Shown: positions 57,201 through 64,000 of the stretch, in pieces
Layout of the letters: each line of letters begins with the position of its first letter
Position numbering within the stretch: the stretch's first letter is position 1
Translations under genes and position numbers: made by a program
NCBI GenBank assembly: GCA_965261395.1
Contig: OZ253462.1
Location: forward strand, 3,936,001 to 4,000,000
Length of the DNA: 64,000 nt
DNA from: Candidatus Latescibacterota bacterium
GTDB taxonomy: Bacteria; Latescibacterota; UBA2968; UBA8231
Reading direction: 5' to 3'
The notes under the pieces: generated by a model
The model's database searches: none
What the model saw: only the letters and a program-made list of their open reading frames with translations
Told to the model about the DNA's origin: nothing

Positions 57201-57951
57201 GGCGCGTGATGAGGTTCTCGCCCAGCTCGGCGATCCAGACCAGCGCGGCGCAGACTTCCGCCAGCAGATCCAGCGCAAATTGGCTGACCTCAAGACGGAA
57301 TATCTACAGGTATACTTGGGGTTACATGCTAAGGCGCGGTTAGGCGTGAACCACGACAAGCGCAAGATCGAGCTGATGAACGACGAGCGGCTCAAGGTGC
57401 TGAAGAAGCTATCTACTATTGAGTTGATGCCGCGCCAGCACCTTACCGATTTTCAAGATCGACTAGCTGGATTGGAGAGTTGCTTTATCCTCACAGAACA
57501 AGAGATGGACACCGCGCCCGTCTGTCCGCATTGTGGCTTCAAACCAAGCGCGGAGCCGACTATCACTCCTACGGGAACGGTGCTGGACGATTTGGACGAC
57601 GAACTGGATAATCTGGTGGCCAACTGGACCCAAACGCTACTGACCAACTTGGAGGACCCGACTACAAAGGGCGACCTAGACCTGCTCAAACCCGAATCCA
57701 AGAAGCTGGTGAACGGCTTCATCGATAAGCGGGTCCTGCCGGATGAACTCGACCAGGACTTCATCCACGCCTTGGGCGAGGTGCTTTCCGGGCTCCAGAA
57801 GGTACCGGTCAAGACCGCTAACCTGCGCGCTGCCCTGCTCTCCGGCGGTTCACCGGTAACGCCGGTGGAAATGAAGAAGCGGTTCGAGGAGTACCTGGAC
57901 GAACTCACTAAAGGCAAAGAGCCCGACAAGGTAAGGATCGTGCTGGAGTGA
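54226..57951 (+). CDS. brxC: BREX type 3 large P-loop ATPase (BrxC/PglY-like, DUF6079)
   Basis: [38 protein letters not shown] and C-terminal CPHC; follows brxF. Confidence 0.85.
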   Translation: MKYGDLIQFEPIESVIQLRDANEATAARRLVETYVISEEMAEKLTGLVLPQLQFDQPTDNKGLLVVGNYGTGKSHLMSVISALAENPDLASSLNNADVAAAAGKIGGRFKVVRTEIGAATMSLRDILVAELEEQLGVLGVSYNFPSADQVVGNKRSFEEMMSAFHQEFPDHGLLLVVDELLDYLRTRRDQELVLDLSFLREIGEVCKDLRFRFIAGVQEAIFDSPRFSFVADSIRRVKDRFEQVLIARRDVKFVVAERLLKKTGEQQVKIREYLTPFGKFYGQMNERMDEFVRLFPVHPDYIDTFERVSAVEKREVLKTLSLAMKKMLNQDMPDDHPGLTAYDTYWTNLRENPSFRAVPDIRAVIDCSQVLESRIQQVFTRPAYKPMALRLIHALSVHRLTTGDIYATLGATAEELRDGLCLYQPGIEELGGDPAADLLSQVETVLREIHKTVNGQFISSNSDNRQFYLDLKKTDDFDALIEKRAESLDDSQLDRYYYEALKRVMECTDQTYVTGYKIWQHELEWLERKAVRQGYLFFGAPNERSTAIPPRDFYLYFIQPLDAPYFKDEKNSDELFLRLTNMDSEFRTALGNYAASLDLASTSSGHAKSTYESKSSHFLRDLVQWLQKHTTDVFEVAYQGRSKSLTEWAKGKSIRELSGLGSHERINFRDLVNTIAGVCLEAHFEDQAPEYPSFSVLITGTNRDQAAQDALRAIAGQNRTKQATAVLDALQLLDGERLNPDKSKYAKHILGLLEKKGHGQVVNRSELIQEDKGVEYMDKDRQRLEPEWVAVVLAALVYSGDLVLAIPGKKFDATGLPQLAGTSVDELAQFKHIERPKDWNLPGLKALFELLGLTPGLAQLVTQNEEDPVRQLQKAISESVEKLVLLQQSLQRGLIFWDRNLLAEEETQKFRARLDETKTFLETLQVYTSPGKLKNFRYDAQEVASHREGLDSLAEIESLQGLVADLGTTASFLSTAEAVLPEKHEWVNKTKEARDEVLAQLGDPDQRGADFRQQIQRKLADLKTEYLQVYLGLHAKARLGVNHDKRKIELMNDERLKVLKKLSTIELMPRQHLTDFQDRLAGLESCFILTEQEMDTAPVCPHCGFKPSAEPTITPTGTVLDDLDDELDNLVANWTQTLLTNLEDPTTKGDLDLLKPESKKLVNGFIDKRVLPDELDQDFIHALGEVLSGLQKVPVKTANLRAALLSGGSPVTPVEMKKRFEEYLDELTKGKEPDKVRIVLE

Positions 57952-57955
57952 ACAC

Positions 57956-59806
57956 ATGACGCAGGATGAACTGATAGAACTGCTCAACGCTCATGAATGG
58001 CGCGATGTTGAGTTCAAGGAAGCGCAACGCGCCGTGCCGCGAAATGCCTATGAGACGGTATCTGCTTTTGCAAACACCGAGGGCGGTCATCTTGTGTTCG
58101 GCGTCAAGAAGAGCGGGCAGGACATGGAGATAGTCGGCGTTCTCGATGTCGATAAAGTGCAGAACGAGTTCCTGACTACGTTGCGGCAACCCGACAAGAT
58201 AAGCATGGTGGTGGATGTTCGGGAGGGACTGCACAAGTACGACGACTCGGATCTGCTTATCTTCTACGTGCCTGAAGTGCATCGTTCGCACAAGCCCGTC
58301 TTCCTGAACGGGGATATTCGCCGCTCGTTCGTTCGCAGCGGAGGAAGCGACATTCGCTGCTCGGACAACGAGCGGGATCGATTTCTCATGGACGCGGCGA
58401 TGGAACGATATGACGGCCAATCTGTCAATCTTGACTTGAGTACGGCGCTCGACTTGGAGAGCATTAAGTGGTACCGGAGGACTTATGAAGGACGGCCGGG
58501 GAACCTATCCTATGCAACGCTATCCGACACGGAATTCCTCAACGAGATGGGCTTGCTTGTTGAACAGCACAGCCAAGTATCTCCATCGCGCGCAGCTATT
58601 CTTTTGTTTGGCACCAATGCGGCCTTCCGACAACTTCTGCCACGTCCTGTAGTGGATTGCCAGCGATTTGCGCTGGCTCGTGACAGGGCCGATGCTGGTG
58701 AACGCTGGAATGACCGACTTGTGCTCGACGAGAATCTCATCCGCACTTGGCAGTCCCTTGTCGATTGGTACCAGAGGTTCGCGGAAACGCCGTTCCGAAT
58801 TGATCCCACATCTCTGCAGCGAGATGATACGCCGCCGGACTACCGCGCCTTTCGCGAATCAATGGTCAACCTTCTCATCCACCAGGATTACTCCGATCAT
58901 TCTCGTAAGGCGAGTATCCGCCACTATACCGACCAGACCGTTTTCTGGAATCCCGGCGATGCCTTCGCCACCGATGCTGACCTACTCGAACCTGGTGAAA
59001 AGGAGGTTCGCAATCCCCGAATCGTGACTGCTTTCCGGCGCATCGGGCTGAGCGAGAATGCCGGATGGGGACTGCGCGATGTCTTTCGCAACTGGCAGCA
59101 GTTGGGCTACGTTCCACCCACTATTGCCAATATCAAGAGACACAAGTGCTTTGAGCTTATCCTAAGAAGAGAAGAACTTCTGTCAGAGCAGCAGATTCTT
59201 TTTCAGGCAAGCCTCGGCGTACAACTCACCGACGAACAGGCAAGATTATTCGCATTTGGCTGCCGGGAAAAGACAATCACGCTTTCGCAGATCAAGGCCG
59301 TAACGGGTCTTGCAGGACCGGATGCCATAGAGCTTACCGACGCTTTGGTCACAAAAGTACTCTTCAGAACCATCGAAGCCGACAGAAATTACGCCTTGGC
59401 TGAGCATCTGAAGGATCGGTTTCGTCAAACTGACCAAGCTGCTGACCAACCTGATGCACGGGGTGAGGACTTGGTCACTGTACAAGTGCAGCCCAAGCCG
59501 CCCGACTTGTCCACTGCACAAGTTCATCCTTTGACAGAGTTGTCTGCAACACACTGGAAAATCATTGATTTATGCGATGTGCCCCGTCGTCTGGCCGATA
59601 TTCTGGAAGCTCTTGGCGTGACCAATCGAGGTTATTTCAAGGAACACCACCTTAATCCGTTGATTAAGTCTGGGATTGTGGCAATGACCAACCCGGAGAA
59701 ACCCCGGGCGTCGAACCAGCAATATGTCATTACAGGAGCGGGAGCCCAACTAAAGGCACGGCGCATGTCGGGAGAAGATGACCGAAGTAAGGACAAAGAT
59801 GGCTAA
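57956..59806 (+). CDS. Schlafen/AlbA_2 domain protein with an HATPase_c_4-like domain and a C-terminal winged HTH
   Basis: E...VEFK...SAFANT.GG.LVFGV; RE..VN.L.H.DY; NPG...RNP.I...F...GL.E..G.G; C-terminal L.PL...G...MT.PEKP....Q.Y. Confidence 0.85.
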   Translation: MTQDELIELLNAHEWRDVEFKEAQRAVPRNAYETVSAFANTEGGHLVFGVKKSGQDMEIVGVLDVDKVQNEFLTTLRQPDKISMVVDVREGLHKYDDSDLLIFYVPEVHRSHKPVFLNGDIRRSFVRSGGSDIRCSDNERDRFLMDAAMERYDGQSVNLDLSTALDLESIKWYRRTYEGRPGNLSYATLSDTEFLNEMGLLVEQHSQVSPSRAAILLFGTNAAFRQLLPRPVVDCQRFALARDRADAGERWNDRLVLDENLIRTWQSLVDWYQRFAETPFRIDPTSLQRDDTPPDYRAFRESMVNLLIHQDYSDHSRKASIRHYTDQTVFWNPGDAFATDADLLEPGEKEVRNPRIVTAFRRIGLSENAGWGLRDVFRNWQQLGYVPPTIANIKRHKCFELILRREELLSEQQILFQASLGVQLTDEQARLFAFGCREKTITLSQIKAVTGLAGPDAIELTDALVTKVLFRTIEADRNYALAEHLKDRFRQTDQAADQPDARGEDLVTVQVQPKPPDLSTAQVHPLTELSATHWKIIDLCDVPRRLADILEALGVTNRGYFKEHHLNPLIKSGIVAMTNPEKPRASNQQYVITGAGAQLKARRMSGEDDRSKDKDG

Positions 59807-62603
59807 ACATGACGACAGTTCATCTCTGTTCCCGGAAGCCCATACCGCCAAACCGCAGGGGCCGGTGGAATGTCTGGGCATGACCTTTGAAAACGACGAG
59901 ACGCGCCGGGAGTATTTCCTGGGGAAGCTGCGCGAAAAGCTCAAGGACTCGGAGTTTCGCAAGATCGAGGGATTTCCTATTGGTGAGGACGAGGATATCC
60001 TAGTACTGTCCGATCCGCCGTATTATACCGCCTGTCCGAATCCGTTTATCGAGGATTTCATCAAGCACTATGGAAAGCCGTATGATTCAGAGACGGATGA
60101 TTACCGGCGAGAGCCGTTTGCTTCGGATGTGAGCGAGGGGAAGAACGACCCAATTTACAACGCTCACTCATACCATACCAAAGTTCCGCACAAAGCTATC
60201 ATGCGGTACATCCTACACTATACGGAGCCGGGAGATGTGGTTTTCGATGGATTCTCCGGTACAGGGATGACCGGTATAGCCGCACAATTGTGCGATGACC
60301 CAAGTACTCTCGCTGCGCTTGGGTACATACCTAAATCCAATGAAGAGCTTTTTGACGAGAACGGCCAAATCGTCGGAAGAAAGGGGCTTCGAAGAACTAT
60401 TCTAAACGATCTCTCCCCAGCAGCAACGCTTATCGCCGCTGGTTATAACTTAACGAGATTTCCCGAATCATATTCCAAACTCGCTACAGAGTTGCTGAAG
60501 AAGTTCAATCGTGAATATGGATGGATGTACCAGACTACGGATCCCAAATCAGGGGACGTATGCGACATCGATTTTACTATTTGGTCCGAGGTGTTTAGTT
60601 GTCCGCACTGCGCCGGTGAGTTGGAATTCTGGACACTGGCATACGATACCTCATCCGGGACAATAGTTGATAATCCCATTTGCCCACACTGCTCTTCCGA
60701 AGTCTCGAAACGAGACCTTATACGCCGTACATCGAAATACTACGACAAGGCTATTGGGGAAACCCGTACTAGGCAGATTCTCAAACAGGTTGAAATCCAT
60801 TATCGACACCGAGGGAGGAAAAAGAAAAAGTCTCCTGACGAAAATGACCTTCAGGTACTAGCGAAGATCGAACAGATGCTGGAGGAGATTGACTATCCTA
60901 CCGAACTAATGATGTTCACACCCGAAGGCGAAGAATGGGGTGATCTCTATCGAGGCTACCACGCGGGCATAAGTCGGGTTCACGATTTTCACCTTGTACG
61001 CCAACTCGTTGCTTTCTCCATTCTTTGGCGTAGCGCTGACGACCTGCCATCAGAAGAGGCAAAACGCCTGTGGCGGTTTACACTCCAGGGCATCGCCGTG
61101 AGCTTCACGCGGCGCAATAGGTTTTTGAAGAACGCATACTCCCAGGTTAACCGTGCGCTCAGCGGCACGTTGTATATCGGCTCAACTGTAAGCGAGCCGA
61201 GCCCGACCTATGTCCTGACCGGAAAACTGAAACGCTTCAAGAAGGCTATTCCATCTTCGGAACGTGAGACGATAGTCACAACTCAGTCATTGGCATCCGT
61301 GCTCGTCCCAGACAACTCGGTCGATTATGTTTTCATCGATCCGCCATTTGGAGACAACCTCCCCTATGCTGAACTAAATTTCCTATGGGAAGCATGGCTT
61401 CGCGTGTTTACGAAGGCAACGCAAGATGCCGTAGTTAGCGGAACGCAGGATAAGGACTTGGCGGTTTATACCCTGATGATGACCTCCTGTCTGAAGGAGG
61501 TCTATCGACTGCTGAAACCTGGTCGCTGGGTGACAATCGAGTTCCATAATTCAAAAAACGCCGTCTGGACCGCCATCCAAGAGGCTTTGGGAAAAGCGGG
61601 ATTTATCATTGCCGATATTCGCGTTCTCGACAAAGGAATGCTGACTAAGAAACAGCTCAACGCCAACGCCGTTAACAAGGATTTGGTCATCTCCGCCTAC
61701 AAGCCTAACGACGGTTTTGAGAATCGCTTCAAACTGAGAGCTGGAACGGAAGACGGTGTTTGGGATTTTGTGCGTACTCATCTAAATCAACTACCAGTTT
61801 TTGTCTCCAACAACGGTCAAGCTGAGGCCATTGCCGAGCGCCAGGACTTCCTACTCTTCGACCGCATGGTGGCCTTCCATGTTCAACGCGAAGAAACGGT
61901 TCCTTTATCTGCTGCCGAGTTTTACACAGGTCTGGAACAGCGGTTTCCCCTGCGTGACAGTATGTACTTCCTGCCCAATCAGGCTGCCGAGTACGATAAG
62001 AAGCGAATGACGGTCAGGGAGGTTCTCCAGCTTCAACTTTTTGTTTCTGACGAGGCATCGGCTATCCAGTGGCTCAAGCAGCAACTCACCAAGAGGCCGC
62101 AGACCTTCCAAGACATCCATCCGCAATTCTTGAAAGAGATCGGCGGCTGGCAGAAACATGAAAAGACCTTGGAGCTTTCCGTACTGCTTGGAGAAAACTT
62201 CCTGCGCTACGACGGCAAGGGCGAAGTCCCCAGCCAGATTCACAGCTATCTTTCGTCGAACTTCAAGGAACTCCGCAACTTAGCCAAGGACAACCCATCG
62301 CTCAAGGCCAAGGCCAAGGATCGCTGGTATGTACCCGACCCGAACAAGGCCGGTGACCTAGAGAAGCTGCGCGAACGAACCCTAATACGAGAATTTGAAG
62401 AGTACCAGGAATCCAGACAGAAACGCCTGAAGGTGTTTCGTCTTGAGGCCGTTCGGGCCGGATTTAAGAAGGCATGGCAGGAACGCGACTACACTACTAT
62501 AATAGCTGTCGCAGAGAAAATTCCGGAGACGATCCTCCAAGAGGATTCGAAGCTCCTCATGTGGTATGACCAAGCGTTGACGCGCACGGGAGAGGATGGA
62601 TGA
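59799..62603 (+). CDS. pglXI: BREX type 3 adenine DNA methyltransferase PglXI
   Basis: LSDPPYYTACPNPF, YNAHSYHTKVPH, FDGFSGTG, catalytic DPPF and two CPHC pairs; located in the brxF-brxC cluster. Confidence 0.85.
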   Translation: MAKHDDSSSLFPEAHTAKPQGPVECLGMTFENDETRREYFLGKLREKLKDSEFRKIEGFPIGEDEDILVLSDPPYYTACPNPFIEDFIKHYGKPYDSETDDYRREPFASDVSEGKNDPIYNAHSYHTKVPHKAIMRYILHYTEPGDVVFDGFSGTGMTGIAAQLCDDPSTLAALGYIPKSNEELFDENGQIVGRKGLRRTILNDLSPAATLIAAGYNLTRFPESYSKLATELLKKFNREYGWMYQTTDPKSGDVCDIDFTIWSEVFSCPHCAGELEFWTLAYDTSSGTIVDNPICPHCSSEVSKRDLIRRTSKYYDKAIGETRTRQILKQVEIHYRHRGRKKKKSPDENDLQVLAKIEQMLEEIDYPTELMMFTPEGEEWGDLYRGYHAGISRVHDFHLVRQLVAFSILWRSADDLPSEEAKRLWRFTLQGIAVSFTRRNRFLKNAYSQVNRALSGTLYIGSTVSEPSPTYVLTGKLKRFKKAIPSSERETIVTTQSLASVLVPDNSVDYVFIDPPFGDNLPYAELNFLWEAWLRVFTKATQDAVVSGTQDKDLAVYTLMMTSCLKEVYRLLKPGRWVTIEFHNSKNAVWTAIQEALGKAGFIIADIRVLDKGMLTKKQLNANAVNKDLVISAYKPNDGFENRFKLRAGTEDGVWDFVRTHLNQLPVFVSNNGQAEAIAERQDFLLFDRMVAFHVQREETVPLSAAEFYTGLEQRFPLRDSMYFLPNQAAEYDKKRMTVREVLQLQLFVSDEASAIQWLKQQLTKRPQTFQDIHPQFLKEIGGWQKHEKTLELSVLLGENFLRYDGKGEVPSQIHSYLSSNFKELRNLAKDNPSLKAKAKDRWYVPDPNKAGDLEKLRERTLIREFEEYQESRQKRLKVFRLEAVRAGFKKAWQERDYTTIIAVAEKIPETILQEDSKLLMWYDQALTRTGEDG

Positions 62604-64000
62604 TGGTGAATAAGAACATCTTCAAAACCGACTTTATCAAAAAAACCACTCCTAGCGATCCAGAGACGCTGTTTCTCAGCTTACGAGGACGAGCTCTAGA
62701 GATTAAACACTTGTGGTCCCACCAAGCTGATTTATTGAGAATTTATCACCAAGAATGTTGTAATATACGTAATGTGGCTGTGGAACTCCCTACCGGAGCA
62801 GGGAAGACGCTTGTAGGATTGCTGATCGCAGAATGGCGCCGTCAGTCTCTTGGTACTCGTGTAGCCTATCTTTGCCCCACTATCCAGCTTGCTCGACAGG
62901 TCGGCTCTCAGGCAGATGCTTATGGGATTCAAGCACATGTGTTGGTTGGAAAACAGAGTGATTACCCACAGAGAGAATTTAACGAATATCAATTGGGTCA
63001 CTCTATCGCAGTAACCACCTATAGCGCGGTTTTCAATACCAATCCTCGAATAAAGGATGCCCAGACTTTGATTCTGGACGATGCTCATGCAGGCGAGAAT
63101 TTCATGGTCAGTATGTGGTCAGTGGAAATATTACGTTCAGACATTTCGGGGACCTACCACGCTCTCGTAGAACTTCTACGTAATGAATTGGATTCAGGAT
63201 TTTATTCAGATATTTCAGAGCACACTGACTGGAACCCCACAAAGGCTGGCATAATCGAACTGGTCCCTGCTACTTCAATCCGTAAACACGCAAATGCGAT
63301 TAGAGATTTACTTGATGGGATTCTACAAGAAAATCGATCTCCGAGGTATGCGTGGAATGTTGTCAAAGATCATCTTGCAGCCTGTAACTTTTTCATTTCT
63401 TGGAATTCAATTCTCATCCGACCATTCATCCCGCCAACTCAAACTCATGCCCCCTTTTCGCAAGCAAGTCAACGAGTTTATATGTCGGCGACTCTGGGGG
63501 CTGGTGGGGAATTGGAACGTATTACGGGTGTCAAGTCAATCAGGAGATTGCCACTTCCCGCAGGATGGGACAGGCAAGGCAGCGGACGACGGCTATTTCT
63601 CATCCCTGAACTTGGGATGCCCAATGAGGAGATGATCAAAGTTGTAGAAGGTGCGGTACAGAAGTTTGGCCGAAGCCTCATTCTCGTACCGAGTCGATAT
63701 GACTCTGAAGGAACAGAACTGGTCAACGCCGTTGAGCAATTAGATATTGAGATTCTCCGTGCTTCTAACATAGAGAATAGCCTTGAGCCATTTCTGAAAA
63801 ATGAGAAAGCAGCTCTGCTGCTTTCTCGCTACGATGGTTTAGACTTGCCAGATGAAGCGTGTCGTCTGCTTGTAATTGGCGGCCTGCCTAGTGGAACGAA
63901 TCTACAAGAGATGTTTCTGTGGGCCAAAATCGCGGCGTCTTCTCTATTGAGAGATCGCGTGGTAACACGCTTTACTCAGGGGGTCGGTCGCTGTACACGC
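62600..64000 (+). CDS. SF2 helicase with a DDAH box (Rad3/DinG-like), truncated by the window edge
   Basis: Manual translation from the ATGA overlap: Q-motif WSHQ, LPTGAGKT, YLCPT.QL, ILDDAH, MSAT, YDGLDLP and TQGVGRC; absent from the ORF track because it has no stop in the window. Confidence 0.85.
   Translation, partial: MMVNKNIFKTDFIKKTTPSDPETLFLSLRGRALEIKHLWSHQADLLRIYHQECCNIRNVAVELPTGAGKTLVGLLIAEWRRQSLGTRVAYLCPTIQLARQVGSQADAYGIQAHVLVGKQSDYPQREFNEYQLGHSIAVTTYSAVFNTNPRIKDAQTLILDDAHAGENFMVSMWSVEILRSDISGTYHALVELLRNELDSGFYSDISEHTDWNPTKAGIIELVPATSIRKHANAIRDLLDGILQENRSPRYAWNVVKDHLAACNFFISWNSILIRPFIPPTQTHAPFSQASQRVYMSATLGAGGELERITGVKSIRRLPLPAGWDRQGSGRRLFLIPELGMPNEEMIKVVEGAVQKFGRSLILVPSRYDSEGTELVNAVEQLDIEILRASNIENSLEPFLKNEKAALLLSRYDGLDLPDEACRLLVIGGLPSGTNLQEMFLWAKIAASSLLRDRVVTRFTQGVGRCTR

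Noticed and set aside
1-64000. rRNA, tRNA, riboswitch, prophage or cas genes
   Set aside because: None recognised by eye; small structured RNAs cannot be excluded without an Rfam/Infernal scan

Overview
GC-rich bacterial DNA. The gene content suggests Candidatus Latescibacterota or a related FCB-group lineage, possibly a sponge symbiont; this is inferred from gene content only (C-terminal SWGxxK proteins, FlgD/CHU_C-like C-terminal domains, a plant-type LRR lipoprotein, a PhyH dioxygenase and several Gfo/Idh/MocA genes). Bases 1-53.7 kb are mostly sugar-acid and carbohydrate catabolism genes: an enolase-family enzyme, ilvD, uxuA, a sulfatase-like enzyme, four Gfo/Idh/MocA oxidoreductases, amidohydrolases and a sugar ABC transporter. 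These are mixed with unusual secreted proteins. Points of interest: (1) a divergent locus with a TPR/coiled-coil/2x sugar-binding protein and a decayed two-component system on one side, and a 1045-aa secreted protein with a T9SS type-B-like C-terminal domain plus a putative beta-barrel partner on the other; (2) a short peptide module shared by three secreted proteins; (3) an AAA/DUF4143 ATPase pseudogene whose middle is replaced by an LRR-lipoprotein cassette; (4) an IS200/IS605 left-end remnant; (5) a near-identical sigma70 promoter at two unrelated loci; (6) from 53.7 kb, a type 3 BREX locus (brxF, brxC, pglXI) carrying an extra Schlafen/AlbA_2 gene and a DDAH-box helicase, cut by the window edge. 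No rRNA, tRNA or CRISPR array was seen. All family calls come from reading motifs by eye, not from database searches.
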